Source of the DNA: Octopus sinensis
Taxonomy: Eukaryota
Direction of reading: 5' to 3'
Assembly (NCBI RefSeq): GCF_006345805.1
Contig: NC_043002.1
Coordinates: forward strand, 90,830,001 to 90,894,000
DNA length: 64,000 nt
In this document: positions 25,296 to 38,974 of the stretch, piece by piece
How positions within the stretch are numbered: position 1 is the stretch's first letter
Layout of the letters: every line of letters starts with the position of its first letter
The notes under the pieces: generated by a model
What the model was told of the DNA's origin: nothing
The model's input: the letters and a program-made list of their open reading frames with translations, nothing else
The model's database searches: none
Translations under genes and position numbers: made by a program

Positions 25296-25924
25296 TTAAA
25301 TCTTAATTCTCAGAATTTAGTCTTCTTTCTTTGAAATATATCATTACTCCTTATAAAATAACACCACTCCAACTCACTGTTACTTGAGGTTTCTGGCTGA
25401 GACTCGGAAAAACTTGTATAAAAGAAAGCAACAAGAGAAATGTGAACAATAATAACGCTGTGTAAACAAAATTAAATTTTTTTTTGTTGTCTTCGATCAG
25501 AAAGTGTTATTTCCTATTTGATTTAGAAATCAAAGAGAATTATTTTTATTCCTTTGAAAGTTTACTTTTGTGACCTGGACATCAACGTTTTGAAACCATT
25601 CTATTTTCCATTACATTTCAGACAGATTCAGTGCTGAGTTGCTGAAGCAGAAATATCGTTATAGCAAATATTCTGCTCAATACTGCAGATTTGTTTATCA
25701 GTTATTTGACCTTAACCACTTGAACATGTGCTTTAGTGGCTGACAATGTGTGCACCTCTGATCATGAGCAAGAAGTAGTGTTGAGAGGGATTCTTTGGAG
25801 TTTGAATAAATGTAACAAAAGTGAAATTTGAAAGGAAATATTAGCCATTTTCCATACTTTCTAGGGGTATTGGTATTGGCATCCTTTCTGTCTTGGGAGA
25901 CAATGGAGTTGCGCATAAAGTAGT

Positions 25925-26290
25925 CTAGTCCGGCTTTTATATTTCATGTCCTGATACATTTCCTGCTGTGGCTGTGTAGTCTTATCCTGGACAAACACTC
26001 CTTCTGGCAGGTACCGCAAATGTAGCGAAGACTGTTCCTGGCTGGTTGTAGTGCCATAGTCTCTTGTTTACATCTCTTCCTTTCTTTCCATTTCTCCTCT
26101 CTCTCTCTGTCACTCCTTTGTATTCCCTCTTTTACGGTACGTCGCCATTCTCCACGGTTGCTGGCAACTGCCTCCCAACCACTAATATTGATGTTGCAGA
26201 CCTTCATGTCCCTTTTGCAAACATCCTTGTAACGTAAGATCGGTCTACCCACAGACCTAGTACCCCTAGCAAGCTCTCCGTAGAGTATGT
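25925..26290 (-). mobile_element. RTE-type LINE 3' end with a C-terminal zinc finger
   Basis: GRPILRYKDVCKRDMK...W...ASNR.EWR...YICGTCQKECLSRIRLHSHSRKC. Confidence 0.75.
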
Positions 26291-27296
26291 TCTAGGGGTA
26301 AGCAAATAGGAAATAACAGTTGCTACCCAAGGACAAAAATCGTGTTACACTGTGTAATTATTCCTGACATTTGGGAAGCAGTTTGTCAATCAAATGAACC
26401 AGAGTACTTAACTGCTACTTTATTATAGCAACCTCAGGAAGATGAAAGGCAGAGTCAACACCTCTTGTCCTTCTGGGATTGATGTAACAAAGTAGCAGTC
26501 AAGAAAGCTACAGTGTAGAGTCTACAGAGGTATACTACAACAATTTATGCTATTTCGCTTAGTATTATATGCTTCTGTGTTTCCCTGTTAGCTAGAATGC
26601 TATTACAGTTCGTCCTCATTATTCCGGTAACCTAAGTAATTATAATTGAATAGAACCAATTCATTCTCTCCACTAACAGAGAATTGTCTTGTGTCTAAGA
26701 AAGGAATCAATAATTATCATCATCTTCTATTCAAGCCAGAACTGGTTCTTAGACTTGTTGGCTGTTTCAAACTTCTTTACTGATCAACAATTCATGCATT
26801 TGTACAATCAAGATCCAAAATGTTTGGGTTTTTTTTTTCCTTTTGTAATGTAAAAGGCATTTTTCTCACTGTGAAATTGCATATATAAAAATATTGATTT
26901 GGTGATAGCAGAGGTGGTCATGAGGGGTTGGGAGGAATGGGTACTGTAAGAAAATAAATATATACCTGGATAGAAATACTGACTGACTAAATTAGTTTTC
27001 AGTCACTGCTCATAATGGAAAACATTAGACATAGAGGCTGACAAAAATTAAGACCATAAGTGTAATAATAATGATTTCAAATTTTGGCACAAGTCCAGCA
27101 ATTTCTGGGGATGGGGTAAGTCAGTTGCATTGATCCCAGACACCAACTGGCACTTATCTTATCGACCCTGAAAGGATGAAAAGCAAAGTCGACCTGGGCC
27201 AAGTTTGAACTCAGAATGTTGCAACAGATGAAATATTGCTAAGCATTTTGTCTAGCATGCTAACAACTCTGCCAACTTGCCGTCTTTATAGTAATA

Positions 27297-27328
<32 letters not shown>

Positions 27329-27558
27329 AATGATAATAATAATAATACTTTCTCTACTATAAGCATAAGGCTTATAGGGGGAGGGAGCTAGTCGATTACA
27401 TCAACCCTAGTGTTTCACTGGTACTTAATTTATCGACCCTGAAAGGATGAAAGGCAAAGTTGACCTCAGCAGAATTTGGACTCAGAATGTTGCGATGGGA
27501 AAAATACTGCTAAGCATTTTGTCCAGTGTGCTAACAATTCTGCCAGCTCACCACCTTA

Positions 27559-27611
<53 letters not shown>

Positions 27612-27654
27612 TAATAATAATAATAATAACAATAATAATAATAATAATAACAAC

Positions 27655-27693
<39 letters not shown>

Positions 27694-27694
<1 letters not shown>

Positions 27695-28548
27695 GCTCAG
27701 GGCTAAAAGCAGAGAGCGAAGGTTTCATCCTGGCTGCTCAAGACCAAAGCCTATTAACCCGGAACTACCAGGCCAATGTGATGAAAAATGGAGCAGACCC
27801 AAAATGCCGATTCTGCAACGACATGATTGAAACAGTGGACCACCTAATCTCTGGATGTAAAGTCTTAGCACCAGTGGAGTATAAATTAAGACATGACAGA
27901 GTTGGCCAATATCTCCACTGGCTAATAAGTCGGCATTACAATATCAAAACTGCCGACAAGTGGTATAATCACCACCCTGAGGCTGTAACTGAAGGAGAAA
28001 ATGTAACCATTCTGTGGGACTTTCCAGTACATACAGACCGAACCATCAAGGCCAATAAACCAGATATTGTTGTGAAAGACCAAAACAATAAAGTTTGCTT
28101 ATTGATCGACATGAGCATCCCCTGTGATCATAATATCTCAGCGAAAGAGTTTGACAAGCTCAGAAAATATAAAGACCTACTCATTGAAGTTGAGAAAATG
28201 TGGCATCTCAAGGCGGTTACAATACCAGTGATCGTAGGAGCACTAGGAATGATCAAGAAGGGAACCGAAAATTATATGAGAATGATCCCTGGCTTACCAT
28301 CCCTGCAAGAAGTGCAAAAGATTGTCTTAACTGGTACATCACACGTATTGAGAAGAGCATTGTCGATGTGAGAACTGTTGCTGCTCATGTATTTTAATTT
28401 AACTTTAAAAAAAAAAAAAAAAAAAAATGAACGAACTACTGAGTTTGGTTTAATGGCCTACCAATATACACTATGAGTTTCTTTGCCCTAGGAGTCGGGA
28501 AGACACTCGGCAAGAAATGGAAGAAAATTTGAAAGAAGAAAAAAAAAA
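27694..28548 (+). mobile_element. R4/Dong-like retrotransposon, 5'-truncated, with an uninterrupted CCHC + REL endonuclease frame
   Basis: Open frame 27694-28371: AAQDQ..TRNY, CRFC...ETVDHLISGC, YKLRHD, ILWDF.VHTD...ANKPDIV, LIDMSIP, KYKDL, GALG. (TAA)n on both flanks. Confidence 0.92.
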
Positions 28549-28584
28549 GTAATAATAATAATGATAATAATAATAATTATAATA

Positions 28585-28950
28585 AAAACAAACTATGCTG
28601 GATCATAGATATAGCATGCCCAGCTGACAACAAGGTATGCAATAAGGAAGAGAGAAAAGTCGAGAGATATGACAGGTTAGCTTGGAAAGTTAAGTAGTTG
28701 TGGTCGATGAAAAAGGTAGCAGTAATACCAATAATTGTCAGAGCCCTGGGAACAGTGAACAAAAATCTCAAGAAGCACATGGAACAAATAGGGCCTGCAA
28801 TAAGGGTGGAAAACAGCACTGCTTGGAACCGCCCAAATACTCTGGAAGGTGCTCGAAAAATAAGAGGTGTTACCTTAGTTCACTGGTAGTGAACAGCAGA
28901 CACTGCAGCACATCTCTAGCATTAAAAGCTGTGCAAGGGCAATAAATAAA
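28585..28950 (+). mobile_element. Second, diverged R4/Dong-like 3' fragment
   Basis: Decayed LWSMKKVAVIPIIVRALG.V.KNL.KH..QIG, in an AAT-rich array. Confidence 0.6.
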
Positions 28951-29024
28951 AATAATGATAATCCTTTCTACTATAGACACAAGGCCTGAAATTTTGAGGA
29001 AGGGATTGAGCCAATTGATAATTA

Positions 29025-29448
29025 TTCTTTTAATTATTTAAGTCATTTGACTGTGACCATGCTGGAGCACTGCCTTTAGTTGAACAAATCAACCCCAGGA
29101 CTTATTCTCTGTAAGTCTAGTACTTATTTTATCAGTCCCTTATACCAAACCGCTAAGTGACAGGGGCGTAAACACAACAGCATTGGTTGTCAAGCAACGG
29201 TGAGAGGACAAACACAGGCACACAAACATACATACACACACACCAACCCATACACACCCGCACCCAACACACACACACATATATACGACAGGCTTCTTTC
29301 AGTTTCTGTCTACTACCAAATCTACTCACAAGGCTTTGGTTAGCCTGAGGCTATAGTAGAAGACACTTGCCCAAGGTGCCATGCAGTGGGACTGAACCCA
29401 GTACCATGTGGTTTGTAAGCATGCTACTTACCACTCAATCACTCCTGT
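29025..29448 (-). mobile_element. SINE family A, diverged
   Basis: Alignment by eye to 11507-11908. Confidence 0.75.
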
Positions 29449-29947
29449 ATCTATTTTATCAATCCCAAAAAGGACGAAAGGCAAGACCAGCCTCAGCAGG
29501 AATTGAACTCAGAACATACAGAGCTGGAAAGAATGTTGCTAAGCATTTTGTCCATTGAGTTAATGAGTGCATTTGCACCATGCCATAAATTTGCAGAGTG
29601 GATTTGTCTGATTAAATTTCCACTAGAATGTGAGTTTTATTTTGTTTTATGAACCCCCAGTAATACAAAACGCTAATTTCATTTTGACAAGATTTGAACT
29701 CAGAATGAAAACAGAGCCAAAAATATACAAACAACAATTAAACAACAATAACCATCGCCATTTTACACAAAAGTACCTCTCTTCAGTCATCTGACCAGCT
29801 AGAAATAGCAACCAGATATCCTTCAGCATTGTTGCCACTGGGTCTGATAGAAGGAAAATGAATATGACTGGAGCAGCTTTGAGTATAGTTTTCCTTGATC
29901 AAGGGTGATCTGGGACTAAATCATTACTTCTGCTGCTACTACTACTA

Positions 29948-29991
<44 letters not shown>

Positions 29992-30668
29992 TCTACTACT
30001 ACTACTGCTACTACTTCTACTACTGCTACTACTACTACTACTACTACTACACTTGCCCAAGTCTGTAAGAATATGGTTGGCATTAGTTATAGTTTTTTTT
30101 TATTCTTTAAGCCATTATGGTTTTGTCCAAGCTGAATGGTATCTGGAATTCTGAAATTCTTAAAGAGTAGTAAAAAAAAAAAGAATCCAAAGTGGAAACA
30201 TGAGTATATGTTAGATTTTGGTAAGAAAGTAGGAAAGAAAAAGAAAGAATGAAGAAAGGAAAGAAAGAAAGAGAGAACATTCTAAGCAATAAAAATGCAT
30301 TTTCCCTTCAACCAAAATAAGGGAGAAAAAAAAAGAAAAGAAAAGGAAAGTAGAATTGTCTCCACAAAGAATATAAACAAATTCTGAAGGAAGAGAAAAC
30401 TTAAAAGGAAATGTAATAAATAAATAAATAAATATATGAATAAATAAATAATGACGATTGTGATGATGATTATGATGATGATAAAAAGATTTCGCAAAGC
30501 AAACATAGAATGTTTATGTCTAAAGCTTACATTTCTATATTTAAATATAGAAAGGAATTATCCATAAAAATTCAATATAAATGAGATTTATATTGCTTCC
30601 AAGCTAAACATACATGACATCATAGATAGAAATACATCCAGATATTCTTCTGATACACTACTCTGTGT

Positions 30669-30714
<46 letters not shown>

Positions 30715-30825
30715 TGTGTGTGTGTGTATGTGTGTGTGTCTTTGGTCGTGGTAGTGATGGTGGTTTCATCTTTGTGATAACTATGTACAGAGATGATATG
30801 ATGTGAATATATATATATGTGTATA

Positions 30826-30874
<49 letters not shown>

Positions 30875-30885
30875 ATGTATGTATG

Positions 30886-30919
<34 letters not shown>

Positions 30920-31714
30920 GAGAGAGAGTCTGTAGAGAATCTGTCTACACAACTACATAGCATAGTTAAGATAACTGAAGAATTCTGCAGGAATGGTATT
31001 GAGTGTGTGATGTAAGCTTGTTTGCTTCCAAGTAGGTGTGTTTTTGCATAGATGTGTACATTCTGAGTATGCTAAATATATGATGTGTATGCAAATTTCT
31101 ATAGATGTCTGTACGAATATTTATCTGTTTCTCTGTATGTGTATGTATGTGTGTGTGCATACGTGTGTGTGAGTGTGTGTGTATGTGCCTGTGGATACAT
31201 TTATGCAGATTATATGTGTGTTTGAGTGTGTGTGTATACAATCCATCTGTTGCTGTGTATGTTTTTGTCAATAAAAATATACTCATGTCTTGAGTTCTAT
31301 TTTCCTGTTTGCATCATCAAATGTGAATGTATGTGTGTGTGTGTGTGTGTGAGTGTGTGTGTGTGTGTGTGTGTGTACATATGTGTGAACACAAATCTCT
31401 GCATTCACAATTTTGCATGAATTTACATGTGTGTGTGTATGTAGACACATATACACTTATATGAAAAAGCAGGTGTTAAATGATGATGTAACAAAAACAT
31501 AAGGTATATATAGTCTTTTATTCTTTTATTCCTTTACTTGTTCCAGTCATTTGACTGTGGCCATGCTGGAGCACAACTTTAGTCGATCAAATCAACCCCA
31601 GGACTTTTTCTTTGTAAACCTAGTACTTATTCTATTGGCATCTTTTGCTGAACCACTAAGTTACGGTGACATAAACAAACCAACAAACACACAAACATAT
31701 ACATGCATATATAT

Positions 31715-31772
<58 letters not shown>

Positions 31773-31774
31773 TT

Positions 31775-34646
31775 AAATTCTGTGATGCATGTAACCTTTC
31801 AATCTGCAACACTAACTTCAAGAAGCCAGTCTGCCACCTTATAACTTATCAGTCAGGAGACTCCGCTAGCCAAATAGACTTCATCCTCACCAGACAACGG
31901 GATGCAGGGTTGCTCTTGAATACAAAGACCCTCCCGGGTGAAGAATGTATCCCTCAGCATAGACTAATCATCAGTGACTTTAAGCTTGAGGCCAGAAGGA
32001 CTCCAAGAAACAAACCAATCCAGAAAAGAAGGATTTGGAGGCTAAAGAACCCTTCGCATGGTCAGAAATTTAGGGACATACTCATCAAGAAATTTGATGA
32101 GAGGGAGGAGGAGCTTCAGACGTCAGACATAGAAGGTAGCTGGGAATTCCTACGGGACAGCTTGTTGAGTGCCACAGACCAAGTCTGTGGATGGTGCAAA
32201 GTCCCTTCCAGACCTAGAATTACGTGGTGGTGGAATAGTGCAGTAGATAAAGCCATCTGTGAAAAGAGACGGGCCTGGAAGCCTGGAAGGATGGGGGCAG
32301 CAGGGAACTGTACCAGATAGCCAAAAGGGAGGCTGGGCGGCAGGTATACATTGCCAAGATGTAGCAGAAAAGAAGTTTGCCAATGTCCAGCGTTGCGAGG
32401 ATCAAAGAGCTGAAGTATTTCGGATTGCCAGACAGTGTGTCAGAGAAAATAGCGATGTTATAGGAGAGAAATGTGTCCGCATGGATGATGGGGCACTTGC
32501 TTTTACTACTAGTGAAAAGAAAGAGGCTTGGAGAAGCCATTATGGAAAGACTGCTGAATGAGGAGAATGAATGGGAGGAGGAGAGCCTGCCAAATGTTGA
32601 CCCAGTAGAGGGACCAGCTACCCGAATAGACAGCTCCCTTGTAGATAAGGCAATTAAGGATATGAAACCAGGCAAAGCCCCTGGCCTATCAGGAATCACT
32701 GCTGAGATGCTTAAAATAGCTGGCTATGTGGGCTATGCCATAGTCACCCGCATTGTAAACCAGGTAGTTCACAATGGAGTCATACCCAATGACTGGTGCA
32801 GCAGCACCATAGTCAACTGCTACAAGGGTAAGGGTGATGCTCTAGATAGAAATAATAACAGAGGTATCAAACTGTTGGACCAGGTGATGAAGGTCTCAGA
32901 GAAGGTCATAACCAATCTCATTAGGGAGAGAATTTGTTTAGATGAAATGCAGTTCGGTTTTGTACCAGGTAGAAGCACCACTGATGCTATATTCCTGGTC
33001 CGACAACTGCAGGAGAAGTACCTAGCTAAAGATAAACCCCTCTACATAGCTTTTGTAGACTTGGAGAAAGCCTTTGACAGGGTTCCCCGTTCCCTTATCT
33101 GGTGGTCGTTGCGGAAACTGGAGATTGAAGAATGGCTAATAAGGGCTGTACAGGCTCTATACAGAGAGGCTGTCAGCAAGGTTAGGATTGGCAACGAATA
33201 TAGTGAAGAATTCCAGGTAGAAGTAGGTATGCACCAGGGCTCAGCCCTCAGTCCCCTTTTATTCATCATAGTCCTTCAGGCAATAACAGAGGAATTCAAA
33301 ACGGGATGCCCCTGGGAGCTCCTCTATGCCGATGACCTAGCTCTCATAGCAGAATCACTACCGGAACTAGAAGAGAAATTTCGGGTGTGGAAGCAAGAGT
33401 TGAAATCAAAGGGCCTTAGAATAAATGTAGCAAAGACCAAAGTATTAGTAAGCAGCAAGAGGTACTCAGCACACATCCCCTCGGGTAGGTGGCCCTGCTC
33501 AACCTGTAGGAAAGGTACAGGTAGAAACTCCATAAGATGCACCCAATGTAAGTTATGGACACATAAGAGGTGCAGCAACATTAAAGGGAAATTAACAGAT
33601 AAGATAGCTTTCATGTGCGGCAGATGCACAGGGACAATAGACACAACAGACACTCAGAAAACAGATTCCATCACACTCCAGGGAGAGAAACTAGAAGTAG
33701 TTGATAGTTTCCGCTACCTGGGTGACCAAGTTAGTAGCGGAGGTGATGCACAGAGAGTATCACCACTAGAATACGAATAGCCTGGGCAAAGTTCAGAAAG
33801 CTCCTACCCCTACTGGCAACAAAAGGTCTCTCCCTCAGAGCAAAAGGTAGATTGTATGATGGATGTGTGCGAACTGCCATGCTTCACGGTAATGAAACAT
33901 GGGCTGTGACTGCAGAAGACATGTGTAGACTTGAAAGAAATGAAGCTAGCATGATCCGCTGGATGTGTAGTGTCAGTGTGCACGCAAAACAGAGTGTAAG
34001 TATCCTGAGAGAAATGCTGGATATAAGAAGCATCAGATGTGGTGTGCAAGAGCGACGCTTGCGATGGTATGGTCATGTGCTGCGGATGGATGAAGAGAGA
34101 TGTGTGAAGAAGTGCCACTCCCAAACAGTTGAAGGTATCAGGGGGAGAGGTAGACCCAGGAAGACATGGGATGAGGTGGTCAAGCATGACCTCAGCATTG
34201 GGCCTCACTGAGGCAATGGCGAAGGACCGAGATCTCTGGAGATATGCTGTGACTACAAAGACCCGGGCTGCTTTCTGCAGCAATTCCACATACCCCCTAC
34301 CCATTCTAAGTACCCCGGATCCCCAAAGTACCCTGGATCCCCAAAGTACCCCCCCCGATCCCCAAAGTACCCCGGACCTCGTTGCCCCCGTGCCGCTGAC
34401 ACGTTAAAATGCTCGAACCGATTGTGACGATGCCGGACCCTCCGGCCCCTGTGCAGGTGGCACGTAAAAAGCACCCAATCCACTCACGGAGTGGTTGGCG
34501 TTAGGAAGGGCATCCAGACGTAGAAACTCTGCCAGATTCAGACTGGAGCCTGGAGCGGCCCCTGGCTTCCCAGACCCGGTCGAACCGTCCAACCCGTGCT
34601 AGCGCGGAAAGCGGACGTTAAACGATGATGATGATGATGATGATGA
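31775..34646 (+). mobile_element. 5'-truncated RTE-clade LINE (APE C-terminus, RT, PHD-type finger, 3' UTR)
   Basis: SQIDFIL (APE), QFGF.PG.STTDAIF, FVDLEKAFDRV, HQGSALSPLLF, YADD, RLRWYGHV. Several frameshifts, (GAT)n tail, starts after (TA)n. Confidence 0.95.
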
Positions 34647-36146
34647 TATATATATATATAGGGATGTACTCGCATAGCAAGTGATTTGATCTGAGATCGT
34701 GTGATGAAACGAAAACAATTGCAGCGTGGAAGGTGTTTGTAAGCCATTTAAGAAACACACATGCACTACTGCATGCCCATTATTTTTTATATAACTCAAA
34801 AATTCATTTAAGAACGTAATGTATTTATAAACACATTGAAAAGTTGTCTAAATCATTGGAAACTGAATTGAAATAGTTACTTTGTTTCAAAGGAAACCCA
34901 TCTATATTTGATACTTTGCTGTATTCTCATTCTGCTATCTGTAGGCATGCCTAAAGAAAAACGCATATGAAATATTTTGTCCCCCACCCTCCTATATTTC
35001 AATATCTATCATTTCTCTTCTGCCTATCTGTAAAGTCAATGCCTGTAACATTCTTTTTTATCTCAATAAAATAACTACGGAAGGCATGCTTTGAGAAAAA
35101 TGCATATTACATCTTTGGCTTTCCCCACCATTACAGCTTTGGCTTTCCCCACCCTTTCTATCAGTTCTTCTTTGTCAACAATTCTTTGTAATTGATGTTT
35201 CTAATGTGACAAGCTAAACGGTTGAATGGGTTTGATTTTTGGACCCATAAAAATTCTGACCAAAACATTAGCAATTCCATAATTCTTAGATAGTCACCTC
35301 AAATGTTGCTGTGACTTTGGAATATCTATTTCGCTCTGTCATAAGTTTTGAAATTATTATCTTTAACCATCCTTTGTATTGAACAAATTTTCAAAAATTC
35401 TGAAATCAGAAATATAGTATCGCTAATTAATCTTTCGTTGATTTACTAAAATTATCTTTCCATTTTTGGATTTACAATTCATGTACACACTCACATGTGC
35501 ACTATTACTTTCATAAATTCTCTTTAGGATTTTCAAAATATTTGTCCAAATGACTGAAACATGCACACATAAATATAAACAAACACATAGAAAGATGTGT
35601 GTATGTGTGTGTATGTATGTGTGTGTGTTCGTGTATAAATCATTTTGTATAAATAAATTTTTTTAACATTCTTTCAAATTCTTTTTCATCATTAGGTTAG
35701 TGTAACTTACATTTATTCATTTTCTTGCATGTTGCGATATTTCACATCTTTGCTACTCCTAAGAAATGAAAAGAGATGCTTGGTTTTTTGTTTAGTGTTT
35801 TTAGAGCTTTCTACAATGTTGAATTTTCACTGTTTTTCATTGTGTGTGTGTGCTTATGTATATGTGTGTATGTTCAACATGTGCAAGCATGTGTGTGTGA
35901 GACGTAGTTTTTTTAATGTATGGAGTTCAATAAGTATCAGAATAGGTTGCTTGAGTGAGTGTCAATTATTTTCCAGAAATTGCTGAGTAGCCTGATAAAG
36001 TAGCTGATTTGTCTTGGACAGCATAACGGTCTAAAATCAAGGCCATATTACATAACTGTGTTCTCTTAGTTAAATAATTTCACAATGATTCGGCTCAACC
36101 AATAATTATTTATTGCATGACCAACCTCAGAAGTCACCTCACACCA

Positions 36147-36180
<34 letters not shown>

Positions 36181-36358
36181 GTATGTATGTAATATGTATA
36201 TGTATATATGTATATATGTATATATGTGTATGTATGTATGTATGTATGTATGTATGTATGTATGTATGTATGTATGTATGTATGTATGTAGGTATGTATG
36301 TATGTATGTATATGTATGTATGTATGTATGCATGTATGTATATATATATATAAATATA

Positions 36359-36410
<52 letters not shown>

Positions 36411-36911
36411 AAATGGGGATATATATAACAATTGCCAATTCAAAAATTTTTATTTAAAATTTATTTGCATAATACCATATTACATTATATTCTTATAATA
36501 ATATAATATAACAAGTAATAAATATTAAATATAAATCACATACAAATGTTTTGAATCTTGCCCGTAATAAAATTATAAAAAATCTATTGCTTGTGGGCAA
36601 GAATCTCCTCTGTGTAATTTTTTATATGTGCTGATTCACAGATTCAAGAAAATACTGAATTTGAATATATTTGTTTACAAGCATTGATGACACTGCAGCA
36701 AAAGTCTTCCCAATAAAGCAAACGCCACATAAAAACATCTAGTCCACACTGTGAAGTAGTTGGCATTTGGAAGGGCATCCATCTGTAAGAACCATGCCAA
36801 AACAGACACAGAAGTCTGATGCAGTCTTCTGCCTGGTCAGCTCCTGTCAAACCGTCCAATCCATGCCAACATAGAAAGCAGACGTTAAACGATGATGATG
36901 ATGATGATGTG

Positions 36912-36948
<37 letters not shown>

Positions 36949-37466
36949 CAATACACATACACACACACACATATATATATATATATACACACCCCGGTCG
37001 AAACCGTCCAACCCGTGCTAGCGCGGAAAACGGACGTTAAACGATGATGATGATGATATCTCTGATGGAAGCAGCCAAAGATCCAAGACTTGTAAAGGGT
37101 CTATGTCTAACATGAGTAATGTCAGCACACAAACACACACACACACACATACACACGTGTTTGTTACACAGTAACTTTTGCTTGCCCTGTGATACCATGT
37201 TGGGATTTGACATAAAACTCAAGATCCCTGAAAGAATCAGTTGTCTTCTGAAGCCTTAAAGATATTTCATCATCCAAGAAGCAAGAACTGCTGAGTGTGC
37301 TGCCAAGGTACTTGCAGTACTGTTCCTTCAACTAAGATAGATGGTTCCACATTCAGAATGTTGGTTGGTTTTTGTGGACTTCAGACCCAGAGGTCTTGAG
37401 TAGAACCAGTGTCCTGAGCGTTGGGGCCATCTTGCTCAAACATTGTTTACATTGGATTATAAATTA

Positions 37467-37830
37467 CTAGCACTATGACCCGGAAACACCGGGTCATAGT
37501 GCTAATGCATGCATATACAGCTGTGTGCATGTGCATATACACGTGAGTACTGTCCAAATTTCCGACCAATCATATACAGCTAGCTGGCATTCAATTGGCG
37601 TATCAAGTTTCGGGCATTTTGATTGGGTTTTGGATAGAAAATTCACAAAAAAGTCACTTCTATTGACTTTTTAATGGCTTTGCAGGGAAACTGGGGAAAT
37701 GTAAAGATATGCACGACCATCCTTGGACGGTTTTGAAAGGCCATAGAAAGTGCACGCTCTCTAACTGAAAAATTGTGGATTTGTATAAAGGACACACACA
37801 CAGACATTTTGCTGTTTATATATAGAGAGA
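37467..37830 (-). mobile_element. Non-autonomous Helitron family 2
   Basis: Minus strand starts tctctctatatataaacagc and ends cccggtgtttccgggtcatagtgCTAG|T. Confidence 0.65.
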
Positions 37831-38272
37831 TTTTGGCTGCTTTTGCAGATTCCAATGACTCTGTCGCCACACAATTCTATTATTATAAATTTGAATTGGG
37901 AGTTTGATACATAGTGATTCTTTCATTAACTGATTAGGCAAGCATAGATGACCCCTCTATGGATGCATTGCATTTGCTCACTTGATAGAAACTTGGTGAT
38001 TCCGACTGTTGATCCAGAATTTCTCCACTCAACATCGATTGGCTCAGTTGAGCTCTTCTGCTACATCTTCACAATCTGCCCTATTGAACTTCCATGTGTT
38101 CCTAGAGTGGCTGAATGGGTGCTATGCCTTTCAGGGCATAGATGTTACTCTGAGAGTTATTTTTGAAAGTATCCATATACACACTGGACTGGAAACCTTG
38201 TTTGGATAAATGATCAGAAGATACCTACACAGATGCTATATAATGAAGTTCTTTGTGGAAAGTGCTGACCTG

Positions 38273-38342
<70 letters not shown>

Positions 38343-38343
<1 letters not shown>

Positions 38344-38738
38344 CTTTTTTGCTTATTTCAGTCATGTAACTGTGGACTGCCTTTTAGTCGAGCACATCGA
38401 CCCCAGAACTTATTCTTTGTAAGCCTAGTGCTTATTCTATCGGTTTCTTTTGCGAAACTGCAAAGTGACGGGGGACATAAACACACCAGCATCGGTTGTC
38501 AAGCGATGTTGGGGGGGGACAAACACAGACACACAAGCATATACACACACAAACCTATATATATATACATATATACGATGTGCTTCTTTCAGTTTCTGTC
38601 TACCAAATCCACACACAAAACTTTGGTTGGCCCGAGGCTATAGTACAAGACACTTGCCCAAGGTGCCACGCAGTGGGACTGAACTTGGAACCATGTGGCT
38701 GGTAAGCAAGCTACTTAACACACAGCCACTCCTATGCC
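38343..38738 (-). mobile_element. SINE family A
   Basis: Family motifs with an internal microsatellite. Confidence 0.8.
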
Positions 38739-38884
38739 GATATATATATATATATACTTCACTTGAGCATTGTGAGACTAATAACCAGGTGTAGAACTCA
38801 ATATATGTATGTCTCAGAATGAAGTGTTAGACGAGTACAGAGCAGTAATAATAAGAAGAGATGGCAAAGGAATAAATGATTATT

Positions 38885-38974
38885 TTATGGACTTCATTAG
38901 CTTACAGCTGTTTCTGCTATATGAGTCCACTGCATCGTATAGCCGAAACAGCTGTAAGCTAATGAAGTTCATAA
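38885..38974. repeat. Hairpin with a 37-bp stem and 16-nt loop
   Basis: ttatggacttcattagcttacagctgtttctgctata / tatagccgaaacagctgtaagctaatgaagttcataa, 2 mismatches. Confidence 0.9.

Noticed and set aside
36113-36457. Long ORFs of YIYI/VCMY/THTH type here and near 30620, 40230-41158, 44266-44681 and 60313-60708, plus poly-N/I/L ORFs at 13613, 20751 and 27531
   Set aside because: They are translations of microsatellites that lack stop codons, with no splice or domain support.
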